This document shows positions 18,545 to 26,700 of a DNA stretch of 32,000 nucleotides, piece by piece. The stretch comes from Flavobacterium agricola (lineage in GTDB: Bacteria; Bacteroidota; Bacteroidia; Flavobacteriales; Flavobacteriaceae), in contig NZ_CP081495.1 in assembly GCF_025919725.1 (NCBI RefSeq), positions 2,062,044 through 2,094,043 on the forward strand, in the 5' to 3' direction. The position numbers and the translations under genes are program-made. The notes under the pieces are model-generated. The model saw only the letters and a program-made list of their open reading frames with translations. It searched no databases and had not been told where the DNA came from. How positions within the stretch are numbered: position 1 is the first letter of the stretch; each line of letters opens with the position of its first letter.

Positions 18545-18579
18545 TAGGAGTAGGAGTTAGGAGTTATTGCTAACTCCTA
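18545..18579. repeat. Three direct copies plus one inverted copy of TAGGAGT in the atpA-atpG spacer
   Basis: TAGGAGT at 18545-51, 18551-57 and 18558-64. The inverted copy AACTCCTA at 18572-79 forms an 8-bp stem with 18558-65. Confidence 0.6.
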
Positions 18580-18590
18580 TCCTAGATTAA

Positions 18591-20165
18591 TTAATATTTT
18601 GATGCAATTTCTTTAGCAGCTTGGTCTAAAACAGAAGTTAACTCGTCTGTATATTTACCAGCTTTTAAAGCGTTTAATGTATCTTTATGTTTTGCGTTTA
18701 AGTACTCGATATAATCGTTTTCGAATTCTTTAACTTTATCTACCGGTACATTTCTTAATAAGTTTTTAGTACCTGCATAAATAATTGCAATTTGATTTTC
18801 AACAGCATACGGATCATTTACTTTTTGTTTCAAAATTTCAACGTTACGTTTACCTTTTTCAATTACGTTTAAAGTTGCAGCATCTAAGTCAGAACCAAAT
18901 TTAGCGAAAGCTTCAAGCTCACGGTATTGTGCTTGGTCTAATTTTAAAGTACCAGAAACTTTTTTCATTGATTTAATTTGTGCGTTACCACCAACACGAG
19001 ATACAGAAATACCTACGTTAATTGCAGGACGAACACCCGAGTTAAATAAATCTGACTCTAAGAAAATTTGTCCGTCTGTAATTGAAATTACGTTTGTTGG
19101 GATATATGCAGAAACGTCACCAGCTTGAGTTTCGATAATTGGTAAAGCAGTTAAAGAACCTCCACCTTTTACGATACCTTTAATTGAATCTGGTAAATCG
19201 TTCATGTTTTGTGCGATTGAATCGTCAGCGATAATTTTAGCCGCACGCTCTAATAAACGAGAGTGAAGGTAGAAAACGTCACCTGGGTAAGCTTCACGTC
19301 CTGGTGGTCTTCTTAAAATTAATGACATTTCACGGTAAGCTACTGCTTGTTTAGATAAATCATCATAAACAATTAATGCAGGACGACCTGTGTCACGGAA
19401 ATATTCACCAATTGCAGCACCTGCCATTGGAGCGTAAACTTGCATTGGAGCAGGATCAGAAGCATTAGCAGCAACAATAATTGTATACGCCATAGCACCT
19501 TTTTCTTCTAAAGTTTTAGCAATATTTGCAACTGTAGAAGCTTTTTGACCTACTGCAACATAAATACAGAATACTGGTTTACCAGCATCGTAAAATTCTT
19601 TTTGATTTAAAATGGTATCAATACAAACAGTTGTTTTACCAGTTTGACGGTCACCAATAACCAACTCACGCTGTCCGCGACCAACTGGAATCATAGCGTC
19701 AATAGCTTTAATACCTGTTTGCATTGGCTCAGTAACAGGTTGACGGAAAATAACACCAGGAGCTTTACGCTCTAATGGCATTTCGTATAAATCTCCACCA
19801 ATAGGACCTTTACCATCAATTGGTTGACCTAGTGTATTTACTACACGCCCTACCATTTGTTCCCCTACTTTTAAAGAGGCAATTTTATTTAATCTTTTAA
19901 CTGTAGAACCTTCTTTAACACCTGCAGACGGACCTAATAATACCACACCTACATTATCTTCTTCAAGGTTTAATACAATAGCTTCAAGCCCGTTATCGAA
20001 CTGAACTAACTCACCATATTGTGCGTTTGATAATCCGTATACGCGAGCGATACCGTCTCCTACTTGAAGAACTGTTCCCACTTCTTCTAAAGTAGCACCT
20101 GATTCAAAACCAGATAATTGTTTCTTTAATATTGCTGAAATTTCAGCTGGTTTAATTTCGGCCAT
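18591..20165 (-). CDS. atpA: F-type ATP synthase subunit alpha
   Basis: 524 aa with Walker A GDRQTGKT and a canonical alpha-subunit sequence throughout. Confidence 0.97.
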   Translation of the reverse strand: MAEIKPAEISAILKKQLSGFESGATLEEVGTVLQVGDGIARVYGLSNAQYGELVQFDNGLEAIVLNLEEDNVGVVLLGPSAGVKEGSTVKRLNKIASLKVGEQMVGRVVNTLGQPIDGKGPIGGDLYEMPLERKAPGVIFRQPVTEPMQTGIKAIDAMIPVGRGQRELVIGDRQTGKTTVCIDTILNQKEFYDAGKPVFCIYVAVGQKASTVANIAKTLEEKGAMAYTIIVAANASDPAPMQVYAPMAGAAIGEYFRDTGRPALIVYDDLSKQAVAYREMSLILRRPPGREAYPGDVFYLHSRLLERAAKIIADDSIAQNMNDLPDSIKGIVKGGGSLTALPIIETQAGDVSAYIPTNVISITDGQIFLESDLFNSGVRPAINVGISVSRVGGNAQIKSMKKVSGTLKLDQAQYRELEAFAKFGSDLDAATLNVIEKGKRNVEILKQKVNDPYAVENQIAIIYAGTKNLLRNVPVDKVKEFENDYIEYLNAKHKDTLNALKAGKYTDELTSVLDQAAKEIASKY

Positions 20166-20206
20166 TTTTTAATATATAATTTAAACACTTTGCAGTGTGG
20201 TAAATA

Positions 20207-20734
20207 TTAATTGCTAAATTCTCTTTTTAAACGTTGTATTTTATTTTCGATTGATGCATTGTATTGCGTATCACCGATTCGTAAAATAAATCCACCAATA
20301 ATAGAAGGATCAACAACATTTTGGATTGTAATTTTTTTAGAAGATATTTCTTTAATCTTCTCTAAAACTTTTGCCTCTAATTCAGTTGACATTGGTACAG
20401 CAGTTGTTACAATTGCATTTTGTACCCCACGAGATTCATCGTACAACGCTGTATATTTTTCAGCAATAGCTGGTAAAATTTCGAAACGTTGGTTTGATGT
20501 TAATAATTGGAATAAACGCTTAGTTCCTGTAGTTGCAGAAGCGAAAATTTCGTTTAACGCATTTTCTTTAACTTGTGCAGAAATTACAGGATTAAGTAAA
20601 AATGTAGCTAATTCAGTATTGTTTTTTACTGTACTTGCAATCAATTCCATATCTCCATTTACGTCAGAGGCATTATTGTTTGCTAAAGCAATATCTAAAA
20701 CTGCTTGTGCATATCTAATTGCTGCTCTTGCCAT
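20207..20734 (-). CDS. atpH: F-type ATP synthase subunit delta (OSCP)
   Basis: 175 aa, positioned between atpF and atpA, with the OSCP-like C-terminus SIIGGFILRIGDTQYNASI. Confidence 0.85.
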   Translation of the reverse strand: MARAAIRYAQAVLDIALANNNASDVNGDMELIASTVKNNTELATFLLNPVISAQVKENALNEIFASATTGTKRLFQLLTSNQRFEILPAIAEKYTALYDESRGVQNAIVTTAVPMSTELEAKVLEKIKEISSKKITIQNVVDPSIIGGFILRIGDTQYNASIENKIQRLKREFSN

Positions 20735-20740
20735 AAATAA

Positions 20741-21241
20741 TTAGTTTGCTTTTATATCTGCTAACATGTTCTCAACTAATTTTTCTTGAGATGCTTTGTT
20801 AGATAATTCTTCTCTTAAAACTTTTTCAGCAATTTCTAAAGAAAGTGTTGAAACGTGTGTTTTAATTTCTGCCATAGCAGCATTTTTCTCTGCTTCAATA
20901 ACCGATTTTGCTTGAGCAATTAAAGCTTCACCTTGTGATTGCGCTTCAGTTTTAGCTTCAGCAATCATTTGTTCTTTAATGTCACGAGCTTCTTTTAACA
21001 TCGCGTCACGTTCAGCACGAGCTTCGTTTAACAAACGTTCGTTATCAACTTTTAAGTTAAGCATGTCTTTGCGTGCTTTTTCCGCAGAATCTAAAGCATC
21101 TTGAATACCTTTTTCTCTGTCTTCTAAAGCTGCAACGATTGGTTTCCATGCAAATTTACCTAAAACGATAACAACAACTAGTAAAATAATAGCTTGCCAG
21201 AAAAACAAACCGTATGAAAAATCGTTGATTAACTTTTCCAT
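20741..21241 (-). CDS. atpF: F-type ATP synthase subunit b
   Basis: 166 aa with a single N-terminal TM helix followed by a long charged helix (A/E/K-rich). Confidence 0.88.
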   Translation of the reverse strand: MEKLINDFSYGLFFWQAIILLVVVIVLGKFAWKPIVAALEDREKGIQDALDSAEKARKDMLNLKVDNERLLNEARAERDAMLKEARDIKEQMIAEAKTEAQSQGEALIAQAKSVIEAEKNAAMAEIKTHVSTLSLEIAEKVLREELSNKASQEKLVENMLADIKAN

Positions 21242-21291
21242 TTATATCAGATTTTATACTTAGTAACTTATTAATATTTTGTTTAATCAAA

Positions 21292-21320
21292 AGCATCTAT
21301 AGCCAACCGCTACAGATGCT
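21292..21320 (-). promoter_or_regulatory. Intra-operon RNA hairpin just downstream of atpE
   Basis: On the minus strand, AGCAUCUGUAGC pairs with GCUAUAGAUGCU over 12 bp. This includes one G-U pair that would be an A-C mismatch on the plus strand. The loop is 5 nt and UUUU follows. Confidence 0.5.
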
Positions 21321-21338
21321 ATTGTTTTTCTGCAGAGC

Positions 21339-21533
21339 TTATTTTCCTAAGATTAAAGCACCGAATGCTAAACCTTCTAATAACGCTCCAATAATGATCA
21401 TTGCAGTTTGGATTTTTCCTGCTGCTTCTGGTTGACGAGCAATAGCATCCATTGCTGATGAACCAATTTTACCTAAACCGTAACCTGCACCAACAACGAT
21501 TACACCTGCACCAACTAATACTGGAATTTCCAT
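21339..21533 (-). CDS. atpE: F-type ATP synthase subunit c
   Basis: 64 aa forming a two-helix hairpin, with the polar loop ARQPE and the ion-binding Glu in GALLEGLAF. Confidence 0.93.
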   Translation of the reverse strand: MEIPVLVGAGVIVVGAGYGLGKIGSSAMDAIARQPEAAGKIQTAMIIIGALLEGLAFGALILGK

Positions 21534-21578
21534 GATAATTGAATTATATATAATTAAACAAAATTTATTTAAAACTTA

Positions 21579-22724
21579 TTAATGCTCTTCGTGTTCTTGA
21601 ACTGCTTGTCCAATAAACAATGAAGATAACATAGTAAAAATGAAAGCTTGTAAGAAAGCGATTAACAATTCTAAAAACGTTAAAAACGTTGTTAATAAAA
21701 ATGTTACTGCTGTACCACCAATTACACCTAAAGTTGCTTTCATGATAAACACCACAGAAATTAATCCCATAACTACAGAGTGTCCTGCGGTAATATTCGC
21801 GAATAAACGAATCATTAATGAGAAAGGCTTAGTTAACATACCTAAAACCTCGATCGGTGCTAAAACAAATTTCATAGGCACAGGTACACCTGGCATCCAA
21901 AAAATATGTTTCCAATAATCTTTATTTCCGCTAAAACTTGTTACAAAGAAAGTAAATAATGCCAAACATAAAGTAACAGAAATATTACCTGTAACGTTTA
22001 ATCCTAATGGTGTTAAACCTAATAAGTTTAATAAAAAGATTAAAAAGAAAACTGATAATAAGAAAGGCATAAACTTTTTGTATTGTTTTTGCCCAATGTT
22101 TGGGATAGCCATTTCGTCGCGTACATATAAAACTAACGGCTCTAAAACTCTTGCAAATCCTTTTGGCAAATTATTAGGCGATGTTTTGTATGTTTTTGCT
22201 AAAGCAGTAAATCCTAAAAAGATTAAGACTGACGCTAATAACAAACCTGCTACGTTTTTAGTAATGGAGAAATCTAATGGCTTTGCATTGGTAGGATTAC
22301 CGTTTTCATCATACGTAATCGTTCCTTCTGCATCTGTTTTGTATATTTTAGAATGGTAGTATTTGTAATACTGACCGTCTTTTTCTACTACTGCATTTCC
22401 GTGATCAAACTCACTAGAAAGAAAAACTTTTAACCCATTATCAATCAAGATAACTGGAAGAGGGAAACCAAAATGTTGGTGTGTGTCACTGTCGTGAAAA
22501 AATGTATAATAATGATCATCCTTTAAGTGATGTACAATGGCTTCATTAACATCTTCAGGTTTTTGATCGTTATGTTCTGAAACACGCTGTGTCATTTCAT
22601 GCTCAACAGCATGTTCTTGCGTCGCATTTATAGCTTCTGGTGTTGTGTTAGCCATCATTACCGACGACATTAACCCAACAAGCGCAAAAAGTATAAATTT
22701 TACCGGTTTACTTGTGATTACCAT
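21579..22724 (-). CDS. atpB: F-type ATP synthase subunit a, with an N-terminal extension of about 155 aa
   Basis: 381 aa. The C-terminal part carries the a-subunit hallmark LMIRLFANITAGH (essential Arg). The N-terminal part has a signal-like helix followed by a His-, Asp- and Tyr-rich soluble region. Confidence 0.9.
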   Translation of the reverse strand: MVITSKPVKFILFALVGLMSSVMMANTTPEAINATQEHAVEHEMTQRVSEHNDQKPEDVNEAIVHHLKDDHYYTFFHDSDTHQHFGFPLPVILIDNGLKVFLSSEFDHGNAVVEKDGQYYKYYHSKIYKTDAEGTITYDENGNPTNAKPLDFSITKNVAGLLLASVLIFLGFTALAKTYKTSPNNLPKGFARVLEPLVLYVRDEMAIPNIGQKQYKKFMPFLLSVFFLIFLLNLLGLTPLGLNVTGNISVTLCLALFTFFVTSFSGNKDYWKHIFWMPGVPVPMKFVLAPIEVLGMLTKPFSLMIRLFANITAGHSVVMGLISVVFIMKATLGVIGGTAVTFLLTTFLTFLELLIAFLQAFIFTMLSSLFIGQAVQEHEEH

Positions 22725-22769
22725 ACCTTATTAATTACCTTAACTTTTACGGTCGTTTAAAAATTTGTG

Positions 22770-22777
22770 CAAAGCTA
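22770..22777 (-). promoter_or_regulatory. Candidate internal -7 box (TAGCTTTG on the minus strand) upstream of atpB
   Basis: Matches TAnnTTTG and lies 45 nt upstream of the atpB ATG (22724). Confidence 0.25.
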
Positions 22778-22825
22778 CGTTTTTTATTCTAATTAAGATA
22801 CCTATTGCACTATTTTTTTATTTAT

Positions 22826-23221
22826 TTAATTAACTTTTGTTTTGTACGATACGCTATTTAATATTTTAGCAGTTTGATTCAATTCTAAAATCATAAAAAA
22901 GAAAAAAAGTAATAAAATACTGTATTTTTCATATTTATGATGCTCGTGTGTTGAACCCAATACATCATTAAAAACCCAAAAACATACTATTGTTTTTAAT
23001 GTGAAAAATAGCAAATAAACAAAACCGATATATTGATTTTGTTTTTTAGACAACAAATATAATACTGTTATTGTTAAAAATGAAAAAAACACAAACAATA
23101 AATTTACAGCATGTAAATTATATACAAATTGCGGGATGCTTTTACTGAAAGGAAGAAAATTAAAAATAAAAAAATGGAATCCAAGAAACAAAGTAGACCA
23201 TTTAAAAAAGTTTAAAATCAT
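22826..23221 (-). CDS. Small 4-TM membrane protein with AtpI-like size, topology and position (function unknown)
   Basis: 131 aa with four clear hydrophobic segments, sited immediately upstream of atpB. No motif was recognised. Confidence 0.5.
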   Translation of the reverse strand: MILNFFKWSTLFLGFHFFIFNFLPFSKSIPQFVYNLHAVNLLFVFFSFLTITVLYLLSKKQNQYIGFVYLLFFTLKTIVCFWVFNDVLGSTHEHHKYEKYSILLLFFFFMILELNQTAKILNSVSYKTKVN

Positions 23222-23271
23222 GGCAAGAACGTTATAGAATTGTCTGTTTTAAATAAAAATGAATTTTTTTG

Positions 23272-23279
23272 CAAAATTA
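23272..23279 (-). promoter_or_regulatory. Candidate -7 box (TAATTTTG on the minus strand) upstream of the 4-TM gene
   Basis: Matches TAnnTTTG and lies 50 nt upstream of the ATG at 23221. Confidence 0.25.
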
Positions 23280-23327
23280 CGCTTTATTATTCAGAATCAA
23301 TTACTTTAACATTCTTATTGCATTGTT

Positions 23328-23582
23328 TTAGTCATTTTTATTAGAAACTTCCTGAACTTGCTTAATTACTACATATATCGCTAAAAAAACACCCAATAAG
23401 GTTAAAGCTTTCTCGTAATTTATCGTATTACTTGCGTAGTTAGCATCTAACCAAACTCCAAATTGGTAAAAAAGATAAATGGTTAGTCCCATTTGAGCAG
23501 GAATCCCCACAAAGACTAACCATTTTGTATTGTTATTTTTTTTCACCTTTTTCAGCTGTTTTGGTGTTTTGGGCCTCAGCAT
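23328..23582 (-). CDS. AtpZ/AtpI-family small membrane protein (F0F1 operon 'gene 1' type)
   Basis: A basic N-terminus followed by two TM helices (WLVFVGIPAQMGLTIYLFYQFGVWL; ALTLLGVFLAIYVVI). The ATG at 23582 overlaps the bactofilin gene by 50 nt. An alternative GTG at 23546 (MKKNNNTKWLVF) overlaps it by 14 nt. Confidence 0.6.
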   Translation of the reverse strand: MLRPKTPKQLKKVKKNNNTKWLVFVGIPAQMGLTIYLFYQFGVWLDANYASNTINYEKALTLLGVFLAIYVVIKQVQEVSNKND

Positions 23583-23928
23583 GCATTTCGCAAGTAGAAT
23601 TTACTTTTGCACCTTGCTCTACCACCAAATTTTTCATTTTTAAATGTCCGGTTACCACAGCGCTTGTTCGTAAAGTAATTAACGCATCAACAATTGCAGT
23701 TCCTTCAAAAACACCTTCAATATCTAGGTTAGCACATTTAATATCGCCTACTAATTTACCTTGGGCACCAATTACCAGCCTACCTTTACAAGTAAAATTA
23801 CCGTGTAATAAACCATCTAATCTAAAATCGGCTTCAGAGGTAATATCGCCTTTTATTTCGGTTGCATAAACAATTCTATTGGTTTTGCCTAGATTTTCTG
23901 TTGCGTTGGGTTCTCCTTTTTTAAACAT
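23533..23928 (-). CDS. Bactofilin (polymer-forming cytoskeletal protein, DUF583)
   Basis: 131 aa with repetitive beta-helical G/V/I pattern (ITSEADFRLDGLLHGNFTCKGRLVIGAQGKLVGDIKCANLDIEGVFEGTA). It starts 6 nt after the sprE-like stop. Confidence 0.75.
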   Translation of the reverse strand: MFKKGEPNATENLGKTNRIVYATEIKGDITSEADFRLDGLLHGNFTCKGRLVIGAQGKLVGDIKCANLDIEGVFEGTAIVDALITLRTSAVVTGHLKMKNLVVEQGAKVNSTCEMHAEAQNTKTAEKGEKK

Positions 23929-23934
23929 AGCTAT

Positions 23935-26574
23935 CTATTTTATTTTGTATGAATCTAAATTTTTATGGGTTTGAATTACAATGTAGTTATGCAACGACAT
24001 TGGTAAACCGTTTAGCTTAACCTTATATTCTTTTTCGTGAAGCAGCATATCCATTTGTCTGGCTCTTGCATCCGAATAAAAACCGTGCACCACAACTAAT
24101 GTTATTTCTGGGTTATAATAATCAACCGTAACTTTTAATGATGCATTATGCGTTTGGGTTATATATTTTTGAATGGTTTGCACCAAACCTTCAATTTGTT
24201 TGGTATCGTTTTTCGGTAACTGATAAACCAACAGCCATTTGTTTAGATCTTTATCTGAAAACTCATAAGCTTCTAAACTCGGAATTTCAGTTTCTAAAAT
24301 ACGTTTGGCCTCTTTTCCTTCTTCCGTTAATGGATATAAATCTTCTATTTCGGTCAAAGCTTGTTTATAAGCAGTAACTCCGTAAATTTTAGCTAAAAGG
24401 CGTGCTTTTAACAATTCAAATTTAGAAATAATTGGCGTACCGGTATAAAAATCAATTTTTTCTTTAACTTGTTCTAAAGCCAATTCCGGATCGTTTTTAT
24501 CTAAATATTCTTTATAAACTACGGTATAAACAGCTTCCGGATCGTCTGTTTTTTCGGCAACCAAACCTTGCAAAACTTTAGCGTAATGCGTATCCGGATA
24601 TTCTGTCATTATTTTATTTTGATAAACAAGTGCTTTAGGCGAATTTAATTTGGTGTAAATTTTATACAAATTATAATATGTTGGCAACAGCAAACCTTTT
24701 TCTGGGTTAGATGCCAACAAACTTTCTAATCGGTCTGCAGCCAATTGATATTCGCCAAACTTATCATCATAAATATAACCCAACTCGTAATAAGCAGCGT
24801 TTCTATTCTTTTCAAGCTCAGCAATTGCTTCAGGATCGGTAACTACTTTATCTAAATACGTTTGTAAATCGTATTTAGGCAAACTTAAATCTAACAAAGG
24901 TTTTTCGCCTTTTTCTGTTAAAGTGCTATCCACGCTAATGGTAATATTTTCATTCGCAGCAATTGCTCCGGTGTTAGAAACATTAGCCAACCAACGCCAA
25001 TTATCCTTTAACGGTCGTTTACCCCAACGGCGTTCAAAATTTAATTTTCCTTGCTGAACCGATTGCGGAATATAATAGTAAAATGTATTTTGATCGGCAT
25101 CAAAACCTGGCGGAGGCATCATTTCTGCTCCCGGTGGTTGAAAGTTATTAGTTGATTGAGAAGCTAAGTTATTAATAGCTTGTTGCTGTTGTTGGGCAGC
25201 TGCAATATTATTTTGTTTTTTAGCTTGTTCTATAGCTTTTAGCGCTGCCTCGGTATCTTTTTCTTTAAGTTCTTCTATATAACCCGAAAAATAAGCAACG
25301 CGCTCGGGCTCGGTCATGTTATAAATACGAATGGTGCTATCTGCAACCGTTATCATGTCTTCGTATTTAATAACTTCTCCAATGTTTTTTAACTTGCGTT
25401 GAATGGTAAGATATTCTTTTGATGGATTAGGTAAATTTACTAACGAAGAATCGTAATATTTAGCCGAAGTTTTAAAATCACGTTCTTCAAAATTTATCTG
25501 TCCTAATTCTCGGTAATTTGATGCTTGTAAATAGCGATCTTTACCGTTATTTTGTTTTATAGATGCGTTGTAATACGCAATGGCTTTTTTATAATCGTGG
25601 TAATGATTGTAAAAGTTACCTAATTGATGATTTAAAATATACAAATACGGACGATTTTCACGATCGGCTAACAATGCATTAAATTTTTTCAGAAAGGCAA
25701 TCGTATCTCCTTTTTCGTAATCAAACAAATTAGCTTGTTGTGCGTAAGCTTGCATGGTATACATGCGTTTGGCTTTACGCTTCATGTTAATTACTTCCTG
25801 AAAATAATAATTTGCGCTATCTGGCTGATTGAATTTATTATGCAGCTGCCCTAAAATGAACGAAAAACGAGCTTTTTTCTCATTATCTCTTGTCAAGTTA
25901 CGAGCCACGGTAAGTTTGGTAATTGCCGTATCAATAACTTGGGTGTTGTAATAAGCTTGTGCTAAAACAGCATTGGCATCAACAAAAACTTCTTTTTTAA
26001 AATCTTTCTGATCCGTAGTTTCAAGCAATTCTTTCAAGTTAGCAATTGCTTGTTCGTTATTATCTAATTGAATATGTGCACGCTCACGCCAAACAACAAT
26101 TTCGTTTAACGTATTGGCTTCTGGCGATTTATAAATAACATAATTAAAAGCTTCAATAGCAGGTAAAAATCGGTTGTCGTAATAACGGGTTTTGCCTAAA
26201 AGCAAATAGGCTTCATCTGCCTGCGGATTTCGTTCTTGCCCATTAATGTACATGGAATGTTTTTGGATGGCTTTGGTTGCTTTATCTTCAGGAACCGAAA
26301 GATTTTGCCCTGTTTGCTCACCAGAAGGCGCCTCAAATTCATCTTTTGCTACAAAAGGTTCAATAGGTAAAACTTCCCAATAATTATCAACAAAACTATT
26401 GATTAATTCTTCGTGGTATTTATTAAACGCTTCTTGCCCATTAAACAACACATTGTACTCGGTAGTTAAAGCCTGAAACTTACGGTTAAGCAGCGTATCA
26501 CGCTTGGTAGAGCATGCAATTACCACCCATGCCAAAGCAATGGGAATTAGTATTTTTAAAGAGAATTGTTTCAC
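23935..26574 (-). CDS. sprE: TPR-containing lipoprotein resembling the type IX secretion/gliding protein SprE (PorW)
   Basis: 879 aa. The GTG start is immediately preceded by an in-frame TAG. It has a lipoprotein signal (ALAWVVIAC-STKRD), N-terminal LLNRKFQALTTEYNVLFNG, multiple TPR-like repeats and a Q/N/P-rich linker. Confidence 0.6.
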   Translation of the reverse strand: MKQFSLKILIPIALAWVVIACSTKRDTLLNRKFQALTTEYNVLFNGQEAFNKYHEELINSFVDNYWEVLPIEPFVAKDEFEAPSGEQTGQNLSVPEDKATKAIQKHSMYINGQERNPQADEAYLLLGKTRYYDNRFLPAIEAFNYVIYKSPEANTLNEIVVWRERAHIQLDNNEQAIANLKELLETTDQKDFKKEVFVDANAVLAQAYYNTQVIDTAITKLTVARNLTRDNEKKARFSFILGQLHNKFNQPDSANYYFQEVINMKRKAKRMYTMQAYAQQANLFDYEKGDTIAFLKKFNALLADRENRPYLYILNHQLGNFYNHYHDYKKAIAYYNASIKQNNGKDRYLQASNYRELGQINFEERDFKTSAKYYDSSLVNLPNPSKEYLTIQRKLKNIGEVIKYEDMITVADSTIRIYNMTEPERVAYFSGYIEELKEKDTEAALKAIEQAKKQNNIAAAQQQQQAINNLASQSTNNFQPPGAEMMPPPGFDADQNTFYYYIPQSVQQGKLNFERRWGKRPLKDNWRWLANVSNTGAIAANENITISVDSTLTEKGEKPLLDLSLPKYDLQTYLDKVVTDPEAIAELEKNRNAAYYELGYIYDDKFGEYQLAADRLESLLASNPEKGLLLPTYYNLYKIYTKLNSPKALVYQNKIMTEYPDTHYAKVLQGLVAEKTDDPEAVYTVVYKEYLDKNDPELALEQVKEKIDFYTGTPIISKFELLKARLLAKIYGVTAYKQALTEIEDLYPLTEEGKEAKRILETEIPSLEAYEFSDKDLNKWLLVYQLPKNDTKQIEGLVQTIQKYITQTHNASLKVTVDYYNPEITLVVVHGFYSDARARQMDMLLHEKEYKVKLNGLPMSLHNYIVIQTHKNLDSYKIK

Positions 26575-26671
26575 GTACTAAGCTATATGTTTTTAAAAAC
26601 TTAATTATAAGGCAGTTATTGTATAACGGTTTAAAATCTTGTTTTAAAACCCAACCAAGTTCAAATATAAA

Positions 26672-26695
26672 TAAAAAATCCCTCGGTCGAGGGAT
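26672..26695 (-). terminator. Rho-independent terminator of the PadR-ABC operon
   Basis: On the minus strand, AAATCCCTC-GACC-GAGGGATTT followed by TTTATTTAT. It lies immediately after the ABC ATPase stop. Confidence 0.8.
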
Positions 26696-26700
26696 TTATA

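Noticed and set aside
20211-20744. A 177-aa plus-strand ORF that mirrors almost exactly the 175-aa atpH gene on the minus strand
   Set aside because: This is a shadow ORF. In this antisense register, stops can arise only where sense Tyr or His/Gln codons follow codons ending in T or C, and atpH has few such contexts. The translation is low-complexity (S/I/F/A-rich) with no motif, no promoter-like box and no start context, whereas the minus-strand product is a bona fide OSCP/delta subunit inside the atp operon.
23525-23869. A 114-aa plus-strand ORF antisense to the bactofilin gene
   Set aside because: It lies entirely within a well-supported minus-strand gene. The translation shows no recognisable fold or motif, so this is a typical antisense shadow ORF.
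25150-25215. CAA/CAG-rich tract (TGTTGCTGTTGTTG on the plus strand) resembling a microsatellite
   Set aside because: It encodes the in-frame Q/N-rich linker (AAAQQQQQAINNLASQSTNN) of the SprE-like protein. It is a low-complexity coding segment rather than a repeat element, and a similar QQQQ stretch occurs at the N-terminus of the M23 protein (about 12420-12450).
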